Source: a virus
IMG/VR virus record: IMGVR_UViG_3300046817_000369
Reading direction: 5' to 3' (one strand)
Length of the DNA stretch: 64,000 nucleotides
A program made the translations under genes and the position numbers. Below the pieces are notes generated by a model, which was not told the origin of the DNA, searched no databases, and saw nothing but the letters and a program-made list of their open reading frames with translations. This document shows, piece by piece, positions 54,311 through 63,408 of this stretch (positions within the stretch are counted from its first letter, which is position 1; every line of letters starts with the position of its first letter).

Positions 54311-54637
54311 GCCGCGTCCTCCACCATGGGGACCGGACACCCCGCCAGCCAATGATCCCGGCAACGCTCCGCCGACATCCCGACAATCGATCCGTCCGCC
54401 TGGATAACGCCCCAGTCCGCTCGCGTGCCACGTCCGCGCATGTCCTTTTGGCCCCACCGAACCACCATGCCAGGAACGGCCTCGATCTCCGCCGTCAACC
54501 CGATCAACCCGCCAAACCGCAATTCAGGCTTGCCGCCAATCGGCCACGCGGTCACGATCGCGATCCATGGCCTCGACCACCGCCGATCGTTGTAAGGCGG
54601 GAACTCTCTCGTTATTCTCATGCCGCGTCCTCCACCA
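54306..54637. repeat. 21-bp direct repeat pair (54306-54326, 54617-54637)
   Basis: Identical CTCATGCCGCGTCCTCCACCA at both positions. Confidence 0.85.
54307..54621 (-). CDS. Hypothetical early protein flanked by 21-bp direct repeats
   Basis: YNDRRWSRPWIAIVT; flanks CTCATGCCGCGTCCTCCACCA. Confidence 0.6.
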   Translation of the reverse strand: MRITREFPPYNDRRWSRPWIAIVTAWPIGGKPELRFGGLIGLTAEIEAVPGMVVRWGQKDMRGRGTRADWGVIQADGSIVGMSAERCRDHWLAGCPVPMVEDAA

Positions 54638-54662
54638 CCGGAACCGCGTTCACACGCCATCG

Positions 54663-55049
54663 TCACTTGTAAACCGCGATCCCCCGCGAATAGTAACTGT
54701 CCGCCGCGCACCCATCCGGCACGTCACCCGGCCGCAGCACATACAACGCCGCACCTCGCGGATCACCTTGCACATAAGGCGACAATCCAGGATAACCCGC
54801 CATGATCCGGCTCAACCGCTTCAACGCGCCGCCCTCACGATCCGCCATGGGATACCGGCTGCCCGAGTAACTGTTCAACCAGTACGCCTTGCCCGTCGCC
54901 TCATCCCGCTCGATGGCGCCCGTATCCGTGCCACACTCCAATTCGTGCCACCGATGCAACGTCATGGAAATCCGGCGCAACGCCACCGCGTCACGATACC
55001 GAATGCCCAACGATACCAATTGAGCCACGCAATCATTGTTTCTGGCCAT
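54663..55049 (-). CDS. Conserved phage hypothetical protein (QGDPRG motif)
   Basis: LRRISMTLHRWHELECG...YVQGDPRGAALY. Confidence 0.65.
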   Translation of the reverse strand: MARNNDCVAQLVSLGIRYRDAVALRRISMTLHRWHELECGTDTGAIERDEATGKAYWLNSYSGSRYPMADREGGALKRLSRIMAGYPGLSPYVQGDPRGAALYVLRPGDVPDGCAADSYYSRGIAVYK

Positions 55050-55102
55050 CGTTTCACGTCTCCCGTGAGGCCCGCGCAATACACGCGGGCCGGTTAAGTC
55101 AA

Positions 55103-55327
55103 TCAATCGTCCGAATACATCGCGAACGTCAAACCCGTCTTGTCGCCCATGTTCACCCGCGCGCAAACCTCGGCCGCCGCTTCCTTCGTCGCCCAGGTCT
55201 CATTGCTTTCCACAACCGAAGCCGTGCCGCTTCCCTGATACCGGCGCAGCATGTAACGCCAGACCGGCTTGCTGTAGTCTCCGTTTTCGTAAGCCGGCGT
55301 GGCCGATACGTTGAATTGCGCGCTCAT
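55103..55327 (-). CDS. Hypothetical early protein
   Basis: ATGA-coupled. Confidence 0.5.
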   Translation of the reverse strand: MSAQFNVSATPAYENGDYSKPVWRYMLRRYQGSGTASVVESNETWATKEAAAEVCARVNMGDKTGLTFAMYSDD

Positions 55328-55437
55328 ACCCGCTTCCCCATCACATTGAGCGCGAACCCCAACGCCCAACCCTTCCCGATCTGGACCGTGATTATCAGGC
55401 TGTCGCCCTTGATCTCATGTGTCACGTTATGCACCAT
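55324..55437 (-). CDS. 37 aa early protein
   Basis: GGGAGACGT RBS; MVHNVTHEIKGDSLIITVQIGKGW...; absent from the ORF track. Confidence 0.45.
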   Translation of the reverse strand: MVHNVTHEIKGDSLIITVQIGKGWALGFALNVMGKRV

Positions 55438-55514
55438 ACGTCTCCCGCTATCGAGCGAACCATTCCGCTCGGGAATGCCGACGCGCGTGGCGCCAGCAAA
55501 CCTGAACCAATGGA

Positions 55515-56420
55515 CTACCTCAATTGTTCATTCAACCCGATCTGATTGCCCGTGTTCGCGCCCATCGCGTAAGCGTCCCGATCAACCCGCTTTGCTTCCT
55601 TGGCGTCCATCCGCGCCCAACGACGCTTCATCTTCTCATACTCCGCCGCCTCCCGACGCCGCCTCACATCCCGCTGCCTCTCAGTCTCCTCCCTGACAGG
55701 TTCCGGAACCGGAGGATTGGCCGCCCGCTCCGCCGCCTCCGCGGCCCACCGCGTCTCATTCTCGCGACGGTTCCGCGCCGTCGTCCCCGGCGCATACCCC
55801 CACCGCAAGTCCCGGTTCAAATCCTCTTCGCTGGAATAAACATCGGCCAGAACCAAATCCGAACCATTGCCCCGCGGCCCCTCATTCCGCTCCGCACGCG
55901 ATGCCGCCTCACTCTCTTGCCGCTGCTTATACAGCCGATCATCCAACCTGTTGGCGCAACCCTCATTCCAGGACCGGCGACTCTTGACCTTCCGCTTGTC
56001 CGTGAAAGGATTGAGACGATCCATCGTGGCCGTCAGGTACTCATACATCCGGCGCGACGTATCAAGATTGATCTTGCGGCCGATCATGTAATGCGAATGT
56101 CCGATTAATTCGTTTCGATCGTCAAACCTATTGTTTGTCCAGTGCAGACAGAAATTGTTGCGCGCGATGCCAGCCATTAAATCAACCTGCCACCGCTCCG
56201 TTGTCTCCGCGAATGCCTCGCTCTTCGCACGCTCCGAGTCCGGATCAACCTCTTCCGCGCCGGTCTCGACAACCTGAGACATTTCCAGGTTATACTGTCC
56301 CAACAATGCCTGAACCTTGGCACTCGCCGCGGCCGCCTCATTCTCATTGCCGCGCGTGTCGGCCGCCAAGGCCATTAACTTCTGTAATCGAACCTTCAAA
56401 CCTTCTGGTATCATACCCAT
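55515..56420 (-). CDS. DUF2786-domain protein
   Basis: VRLQKLMALA...NENEAAAASAKVQALLGQYNL N-terminus; DAYAMG..GNQIGLNEQL C-terminus. Confidence 0.75.
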   Translation of the reverse strand: MGMIPEGLKVRLQKLMALAADTRGNENEAAAASAKVQALLGQYNLEMSQVVETGAEEVDPDSERAKSEAFAETTERWQVDLMAGIARNNFCLHWTNNRFDDRNELIGHSHYMIGRKINLDTSRRMYEYLTATMDRLNPFTDKRKVKSRRSWNEGCANRLDDRLYKQRQESEAASRAERNEGPRGNGSDLVLADVYSSEEDLNRDLRWGYAPGTTARNRRENETRWAAEAAERAANPPVPEPVREETERQRDVRRRREAAEYEKMKRRWARMDAKEAKRVDRDAYAMGANTGNQIGLNEQLR

Positions 56421-56467
56421 GGTAACGTCTCCCGTTTCGATCAGGCCCCATGCCTGACCATGTCATG

Positions 56468-56680
56468 CTACTTGCCGTCTTCCTTCCCCGGCATCGGGTG
56501 CCGCTCGTGATACGCCGCCAGATCCGCTACCCAGACACGCAATCGATCCGGCATCGGATATTCCCCCGCCCGCGAAGTCCACCGCCGAACGGTAGAGGAA
56601 CTAACCCCAACCATCCGCGCGAAACCCTCCCCGGACCAATGCAACGCCTTCAACGCGTCGCGTAACAGAAACTCGCCCAT
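56468..56680 (-). CDS. HTH protein
   Basis: ALKALHWSGEGFARMVGVSSSTVRRW...WVADLAAYHERHP. Confidence 0.7.
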   Translation of the reverse strand: MGEFLLRDALKALHWSGEGFARMVGVSSSTVRRWTSRAGEYPMPDRLRVWVADLAAYHERHPMPGKEDGK

Positions 56681-57663
56681 TACCTCCCCTTTCCATAAAA
56701 GATGTAGTCGTCCACATCATCGGTCCCATAACCGAGATCGGTCAGAAACGCCGCCACGTCGCCCGCGTGCCGCCTGACATAATCCTCGAACTCATCACGC
56801 GGCCGCGCGCCATCCAGGTCCCGGCCATCGGCCCACAAATCCGTGTCCCATGCCTTGACCACGAACCGATCAGCCCACTCATCCCGCGCCGCCGGATCAC
56901 GCTCGCACACAAGATCATCAAAGTTCGCCGTTACCATGATATCCCGCAACCGAACCAAATGCCCCACGTCCAACCATTCATGCCCGGTGTGCTGCTTGTG
57001 ATACCCCACGGAGATATTCGTACACTCCGGAACAATCCCCATGTAATTCGCCGTATCAGTAAAACTTCCCCCGTCACTGGCCACATAATCCAACGGTCGC
57101 AACGCCTCCGCCAAACTCCGCGCGAACGCCTCCGAAGCACACCGACGCCCGCCTTGATGCGTGATAATGTCGCCCGTTCCCTTGCGGTCAAACGCCACCG
57201 CGAACTTTATTCCGTCCAGCCATCCGTCCATCTCCGCGACGAACTCACTCCCCCCGCCACCGATCTCCTCATCCCGATGGAATACATACGTCCCCGCCAC
57301 GCCCGCGCGAATCATCTGACACATCAGCCAAACCCCCGCGCCATCGTCCGCGCCCAAACACTCGCCCGCCTCCACACTGGCCACGCCAAGCCCATATAAC
57401 ACCCTCTGAGTGCCCTCGGTCCGATGCACCGTGTCGGTGTGGCAGGACCACAATACCGGGCTCCCCTCGCCAACCGTGACCCACCGATTGCCGTACGCGT
57501 CCCCCAACGCGCCCAACGGATCAATATACCGCGCGATGAAAGCCGCCTCCCCCGCGCCCCCCGATGGCCGCTTCATCGTTAACATGGCCAACAATTCCCG
57601 CGCATCGGGGGAGATCATCCCCCCCGACACAACCTTCTCAACCTTCTTGCTCTTCCGCGTCAT
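56680..57663 (-). CDS. Zn-dependent M20/M28-family peptidase-like protein
   Basis: SCHTDTVH, LGADDGAG, FHRDEEIG, AFDRKG, SFTDTA, ISVGYHKQHT. Confidence 0.8.
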   Translation of the reverse strand: MTRKSKKVEKVVSGGMISPDARELLAMLTMKRPSGGAGEAAFIARYIDPLGALGDAYGNRWVTVGEGSPVLWSCHTDTVHRTEGTQRVLYGLGVASVEAGECLGADDGAGVWLMCQMIRAGVAGTYVFHRDEEIGGGGSEFVAEMDGWLDGIKFAVAFDRKGTGDIITHQGGRRCASEAFARSLAEALRPLDYVASDGGSFTDTANYMGIVPECTNISVGYHKQHTGHEWLDVGHLVRLRDIMVTANFDDLVCERDPAARDEWADRFVVKAWDTDLWADGRDLDGARPRDEFEDYVRRHAGDVAAFLTDLGYGTDDVDDYIFYGKGR

Positions 57664-59024
57664 ACCGCGAACTCCTCTTGCCGCGCGTCTTCAATACGCG
57701 CCACCTCGCGCGTGGCCATCCACGCCGCGATATCCTCGTCATCACAGTCCGCGCCAATCTCCGGCCATTCCGCGTGACGTTCCTTAACCGGCAAATTCCG
57801 TTCCGTTATCGCGCAAACGAAACCATGCTTCTCGAACTCCGACTCCATCCATGTGTCGCCATCGTCCATTTCCACACTCGGATCATTCTCCGGATCAAAC
57901 CAATCCCCGGAATAATCACTCAGGCGGAAATTCTCCTCGGCGTACGCCAAACTGTAGGCGCTATCGTCCACTTCAACGTGATCCACATCGTCCGAACAAA
58001 CCTCGTCAAACCCCTCGCACGTAAAGGTGTGGTTATCTGCGCAATACTCGCACCAGGTCTCTGTATTCCAGTAACCACGTGATGAACGATACGTCGCGAC
58101 ACTTCGCATGTCGTATTCGTCTTCAATCCTGTCCTCGCATCGTTCGCACCAGCCAGCCGGCTCCTCCGGCTCCTCCGGCTCCGCCATGATCCACCCTTGA
58201 GTCTCGCTTCCGCTCAACTCGCCATTCCGAGACATGCGGAAATAATCGCCCGAATCGTCTACGCCATACCCATTATCAAGATACGGCATAACATACGCGC
58301 CGGATCGCTCATCCGACTCAATCTTCAATAGTCGCGCGCCATTGAAGGAAGCGCCGGCCGCGAGAAAACGATAACCGTTGCCTAGCAACTTTGCTTCAAG
58401 CGCGGCATACGCCGCCGATGACTCGGCATCGCTTTCAAAGCCGTCCGAGGACCAACATCCAGGTGTTGGATAAACCCGGCCCGCTACCTACTTGTCCGGC
58501 CATACCAAACACCGAGCCAGAACATCATGCTCCGGCCGGCCCTTCGGTGCCGTTCCCTCAAGATAAGCAATCGCCAGATCCCCCGCCGCGTAAACCCGGA
58601 CCGGCATATCGTCCAAATCTCTGAAATTCCGCCCGTCCATGCAAGAGGTCGGCCCTCTCGCGTAAACACTGGATATATCCTCGCATGTTGTTGCGAGTCT
58701 TAGTTCCAGATCGTCCACCGATGATGCCGGTCGCTTGCCCTTGGCTTGCCACGCGGCATAAAAAGCAATCTGTTTCGCCGTCAACACCGACGAAAAGAAC
58801 TTGGTAAGATACCGGCCGGGCTTAATCGGCGTGTAAATCCCCCGCTCGCCCTTACTGTCATCCTGCACATAGGCGAGCAGCTTGTCGTCATTTTCGGAAA
58901 CATGTAGGTAGTGACTGTCATGTATGGCAATGTTATCGCACCAGAACGACTCGCATATCCATACCGCCGGCATACGTTCAAGATTACGCGCGGCCTCACG
59001 CTCGCGCCACGATACCGTTTCCAT
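57660..59024 (-). pseudogene. Single 454-codon early gene interrupted by one in-frame TAG at 58488-58490 (or a read-through gene)
   Basis: The two track ORFs share a frame: ...ARCLVWPDK*VAGRVYPTPG...; C-terminal half has CxxC pairs. Confidence 0.7.
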
Positions 59025-59154
59025 CCGAGTCCTCACTCTGGATCGCCGATCGCGCCCATTGCGCTGATCTGAGGGAGAGTATAACGGAGTGACGGTCAAG
59101 CCGTCTATACGGTATCCGACATATAGAATGTATCAAGAAAGAGATTGCGCCGAA

Positions 59155-59613
59155 TCAGTCCGGCAATCGATCCCGACTCCCGCGACCACGAAGATGCGCG
59201 CCCGTCTTCGACGGCGGACCATCGCCTGCCATCTTAATGTGGTCGCGTAACTCATCACATAACGCGAGACCTATCCTGCAGCGTGCCTCTATATAGGTGA
59301 GCAACCGCTCGCACGCCCAACGCGGCATGTTGTCATGCCATTTCCACCGATGAAAGCTACTGTTGGGAACCTCGCGTCCAAGTATCGTCCGAATGCCCCT
59401 CAGATGGCCAGGATATGAGAAGATGGACCATGGCAGGCACCACTCGGCCGCACGGCGAGCCATCGTCGGTGGCTTCTCAGGTCGCCGAGATAAGTCAGTA
59501 GCCGGTGTAAGACGCTTGCGAGCCGCCATGGCCACAACGTGGTTCGGAACTCGCGCCGGCACTGGCGAGCCGCTAGCATCGGCTCTTGTTTCCGCTCTTA
59601 CATTCGCGTGCAT
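59155..59613 (-). CDS. Hypothetical protein, possible HTH
   Basis: LRGIRTILGREVPNSSFHRWKW; start uncertain. Confidence 0.4.
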   Translation of the reverse strand: MHANVRAETRADASGSPVPARVPNHVVAMAARKRLTPATDLSRRPEKPPTMARRAAEWCLPWSIFSYPGHLRGIRTILGREVPNSSFHRWKWHDNMPRWACERLLTYIEARCRIGLALCDELRDHIKMAGDGPPSKTGAHLRGRGSRDRLPD

Positions 59614-59683
59614 GAGGCACGTTGTAGCGGTTTAAGTGCCTGTCTCGTAATGCTTAATCGTCATCCGAGTGTTAGTGACTACC

Positions 59684-59750
59684 AGATATCAATAGGTTAC
59701 AAGCGACCGTTTCAATTCACGTCACGATATCGCGTAACCTATTGATATCT
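59684..59750. repeat. Perfect 17-bp inverted repeat with 33-bp spacer
   Basis: AGATATCAATAGGTTAC (59684-59700) and GTAACCTATTGATATCT (59734-59750). Confidence 0.9.
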
Positions 59751-60309
59751 CTCACTACCCGACTTAACATAATACACCTTCTGTGGTCTACCTAGGGTTG
59801 AACACGACTACAACCGCCCTGTCTGTGACCATCCTACCACACTATCGCCCGCTACCGCCATCCCATTGCGCCCGGCACCGGGACGGGGGAAGGCTGGAAC
59901 TCGGCTACCGCACCCACTTTGTTTTCCCAGGTCTGAGCCGTTTCCAGGTCCATGGCGGTCATGGTGCTACGGCGGCGCTCTCGTGTCCAGACTGATCTTT
60001 ACTGGGGGCGGTGTGGACTTTGGTGTTGGTGCTGTTTGGCCTGCTGTTTCGTGGCCGACCTGCTTGTGGCCTCCGAGGTCGCCGGTCGTCACGATGGATC
60101 AGGTACTCATGTAGTATGTACCGCGCGCGAGACTTTAATACAGGAATTTATTCTTTCAAGGTGTGTCTGTTAGCGTGTTGGTTTTGTTGAACATTAAAGC
60201 GAGATATGGGAATATTAACTATCCAATTCGAGAGATGTTTTGTAAACGCAACTTGCGGGATCGTTTGGAGTGTGTTAGCGTTGGTTACGTGTTGAACAGG
60301 GAGACTGAC

Positions 60310-60516
60310 ATGGCTGATGACGACAAGCGTCCGTGGCACGGTTCCGAGAACCCCCTAAATTCACTTCATGATTGGATGGTGAGTGAGATCGCGCGACTCG
60401 AAGGGGAGATTGCGAAGATCAGCGCGCCGCGGTCGGAGCCTGTTTCGGGCAAGGTTGATTATGAGAGGCCGAAGACAGGTCTTGAGCGTCCGAGCGTGAA
60501 GGAGAAGTCGTCGTGA
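60310..60516 (+). CDS. Hypothetical protein
   Basis: AGGGAGA RBS before ATG 60310. Confidence 0.55.
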   Translation: MADDDKRPWHGSENPLNSLHDWMVSEIARLEGEIAKISAPRSEPVSGKVDYERPKTGLERPSVKEKSS

Positions 60517-60803
60517 GCGTCGGTCAGATGGAAATGATGACGATCGAGACGGATCGTGAGGCTCGGTTGGCGCGCGATCTGTTGGATGCGCGGGCTGAGG
60601 TTGCGATTTTCCGGTCTCAGTTGGCGGCTTCGTGGGATCGGGAAAGGGCGCAGCAGGCGGTGATTTCGGGGTTGCGGCGGGAATTGTTGGAGTGCCGGGA
60701 TCGTCTGGGTCGAGACCACTGTGATCTGGATGACAGTATATATAGTACCGCGCCGAACCCGTTCCGCGACTTTGGCGGGGATCGTCGGCGTGTCGGGGGT
60801 TAG
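60513..60803 (+). CDS. Coiled-coil hypothetical protein
   Basis: GTGA-coupled. Confidence 0.45.
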   Translation: MSVGQMEMMTIETDREARLARDLLDARAEVAIFRSQLAASWDRERAQQAVISGLRRELLECRDRLGRDHCDLDDSIYSTAPNPFRDFGGDRRRVGG

Positions 60804-61033
60804 TTGTCCGCATTGCGCGGCCGGGAATATCGCCGCCTGGCGGGAATCGACCTCGGAGTGGGTGCATCGCTACAGTCCGGTGCTTCCGAGTGGTGGGCGG
60901 CAGTTCTCGATCACGTTGTGTGTGGCCGGGACTCCGTTTGTCAGCCGCGCGCCGGCGGCGTTGACCGAGGCGATTTCGGCTCGTGCGGCGGCGATTTCTG
61001 TTGATAACCCGCCAGTTTCAGGAGGTTCTCCGG

Positions 61034-61297
61034 ATGGAACTGCCGCACCGGTTTCTGGCTGACATTCAGGTTCGCGGGATCGATGGTGATCTGAGCCGAG
61101 TATGGGTTGATCGGCGGGATTATGAGGCTCTGGTGTCGATTTCCATCGTTGTCAGGCGCATGTTGGACGATCCGGAATCAGCTAAGCTATTGAGAAGGGC
61201 CAAGAAGTTGATTGATAAGCGGTCTGTGGTCGCGTTAGATGAGTTGGAAGGCACTGAGGTAGGCTTAGAAGGCTCTGAGACCTCCGTAGCGTCCTGA
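61034..61297 (+). CDS. Hypothetical protein
   Basis: GGAGG RBS before ATG 61034. Confidence 0.45.
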   Translation: MELPHRFLADIQVRGIDGDLSRVWVDRRDYEALVSISIVVRRMLDDPESAKLLRRAKKLIDKRSVVALDELEGTEVGLEGSETSVAS

Positions 61298-62760
61298 TGA
61301 AAATGGCGGAAATCCGTCAGTTTGGAGGATTGGTGGCTGACGGGTTTGGTGGCATTTCGGAAAGTCGTAGAACCAGCCTACAGTTCCTGAACCACGCGAT
61401 TTCGGTGTCCAAGGCCGATCCGGCGATGTCCTACAGATCCGCGGTCGGGGCGATTCGGGCGGATGGGAGCAACGCGGAGGCGTGGCTGTTGCTTGGGATA
61501 CAGTTGCGGGACATGGGGAATGAGAAGGCGGCGTGCGCCGCGTATCGGGCCGGGTTGCGGTGTCCGATTGGCGGAAATCCAGGAGATTTGGTGCCTTTGA
61601 CACGGCACAAGCTGCTGGTGAACCTCGGTCACTCGCTGATGAACGACGGTCAGATGGAGGCGGCGCTGAGGGTGACGAATGACGCGCTTGCATCGGGGGA
61701 TGAGGTTGAAGAGAAGCAGGGGAGGGCGTTCGCGTGGACGAATCGTTCGCTGATCTTGCAGCATCTTGGCGGTGACAAGCAGGCTGTGACAGATGCCCGT
61801 CGTGGGTTCAAGATATTTCCCGACACGCTGACTGAACTCGGACTCGCGTTCGCGCTGCTGTTCGATGAACAATATGCCGAGGGCATCCGGCACTTCGAGC
61901 GACGGTTCGAGTATAAGATACCGGCGATGCTGAACATGCCGTGGCCCCGATGGGACGGTAGTTACGTTGACACTCTTGTTATCATGCCAGACATGGGTTT
62001 GGGCGACACGTTATCGTTCGCTCGGTTCGTTGCCATGGCGGCGATGCCGGTCAGGCGGCTGATCTTCATGGTGCAGCCGGAACTTCTGACCTTGTTGCGT
62101 GGCGCGATGGCGGGGTTCCTGAACGTCGAGGTCGTGTTGAACGACTCCATTCTGCCTCCCGCCGATGCGTGGTGTCCGATCTTTTCAGTTCCGACCGCGT
62201 TGGGACTTAATGATGAAGAAATCCGTGACTGTGAGGGTTTGAGACCGGATTACTTTCCGAATGGATCGGTCTCGGACACGTTGAAACTGGACGACAGGGA
62301 CTTCAACATCGCGATTTCATGGGCTGGTGCGCCGGGGAATGACATTGATCGTCACCGTAGTATTCCTGTGACGGAATTTTTAAGTCTGCTTGAAGTGCCG
62401 AACGTGAAATTATGGTCGGTGCAGGTCGGAAGCCGGGTTCAGGAGTTGCATAATTCAGGACTCGCGGCAATGATCCAGGATTTAAGCCCGATGATCCGAG
62501 ACGCCGCCGACACGGCGGGCATCTTGCGGTGCATGGACCTGATCGTGACCTGCGAATCGTTCCTTGGGCACCTCTCGGGGGCGCTCGATCTGCCGTGCTG
62601 GGTGGCGGCGAGTAAGCGTGGGCGGGATTGGCGGATCGGCACACGCGGCGAGCGGCCTTTGTGGTATGACAAGACGCGAATCTGGCGGCAAGGCGACGAT
62701 CTGGCGTGGCCAGGCGTGTTCGCGGCCATGGTGGAGGAGCTGAAGCGTGTCCGTTCCTGA
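61297..62760 (+). CDS. TPR-repeat protein with C-terminal GT9-like glycosyltransferase
   Basis: TPR helices (AEAWLLLGIQL, AFAWTNRSLIL) followed by DMGLGDTL, IAISWAG..RHRSI, ADTAGILRCMDLIVTCESFLGHLSGALDLP, PLWY. Confidence 0.85.
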   Translation: MKMAEIRQFGGLVADGFGGISESRRTSLQFLNHAISVSKADPAMSYRSAVGAIRADGSNAEAWLLLGIQLRDMGNEKAACAAYRAGLRCPIGGNPGDLVPLTRHKLLVNLGHSLMNDGQMEAALRVTNDALASGDEVEEKQGRAFAWTNRSLILQHLGGDKQAVTDARRGFKIFPDTLTELGLAFALLFDEQYAEGIRHFERRFEYKIPAMLNMPWPRWDGSYVDTLVIMPDMGLGDTLSFARFVAMAAMPVRRLIFMVQPELLTLLRGAMAGFLNVEVVLNDSILPPADAWCPIFSVPTALGLNDEEIRDCEGLRPDYFPNGSVSDTLKLDDRDFNIAISWAGAPGNDIDRHRSIPVTEFLSLLEVPNVKLWSVQVGSRVQELHNSGLAAMIQDLSPMIRDAADTAGILRCMDLIVTCESFLGHLSGALDLPCWVAASKRGRDWRIGTRGERPLWYDKTRIWRQGDDLAWPGVFAAMVEELKRVRS

Positions 62761-62924
62761 GATGCACTCGCTTCTGGAAAGCGTGACCTTATTGGCTAGC
62801 CGGGAGGCGCCCCGGTTCATGCTCATCCGGCCCCGGATGTTTCGCCAGTTCTGCTTTTGGAACAAGCGAAAGGTTCGGTACCGCCGCCCCGCCTTTTATG
62901 AGCGCCGGGTGAAGAGGATATGCC

Positions 62925-63146
62925 ATGCCCGTTCCTGACATGCGCGAGGTCACGTCGAGCAACGTCGATGCCGTGGGCTACGACAACGGCACGCTGTTCA
63001 TCCGTTGGAAGTCCGGCAAGCTATCGTCCTACGCGGGCGTTCCCGCCGACGTGGCCGAGCGCGCGGCGAACTCGTGGAGTGTCGGGACGTTCGTGCGGGA
63101 ATCGGTGATCGGGCGGTATGAGCATCGGTACGTGTCTGATGAGTGA
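62925..63146 (+). CDS. KTSC-domain protein
   Basis: VTSSNVDAVGYDNGTLFIRWKSGKLSSYAGVP...SVGTFVRESV. Confidence 0.85.
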   Translation: MPVPDMREVTSSNVDAVGYDNGTLFIRWKSGKLSSYAGVPADVAERAANSWSVGTFVRESVIGRYEHRYVSDE

Positions 63147-63408
63147 CCCCGACCCCCGCGCTCTTCAGGCCGCCGCGGCGCTGGACGAACTCTCGGCCAA
63201 GGTGACGCTGAACGCCGGGAACGGCTTCGCGGGGTGCTTCGCGCTGGTGCCGCCGGGAGAAGGCGACGTGGTGACGACGCTGATCCTCGATCCATCCGCC
63301 TCGCCGGCGGTGTTCTGGTCACTGGTCTCGACCAAGGCCAAGATCGCGCTGGATCAGATCGCCGAGGACGAACGGGGCGGGTCCATGGGCGGGTTCGGGC
63401 GGCGCTGA
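63139..63408 (+). CDS. Hypothetical protein
   Basis: FAGCFALVPP...SPAVFWSLV; coupled to terminase start. Confidence 0.55.
   Translation: MSDPDPRALQAAAALDELSAKVTLNAGNGFAGCFALVPPGEGDVVTTLILDPSASPAVFWSLVSTKAKIALDQIAEDERGGSMGGFGRR

Noticed and set aside
58488-58490. Genome-wide TAG recoding (alternative genetic code)
   Set aside because: TAG ends normal genes followed by new RBS or starts (3995, 4930, 27847, 43150), and no suppressor tRNA is seen.
59760-60300. Short track ORFs in the early/late divergence interval
   Set aside because: No RBS, atypical composition and mutual overlap; more likely regulatory or terminal DNA.
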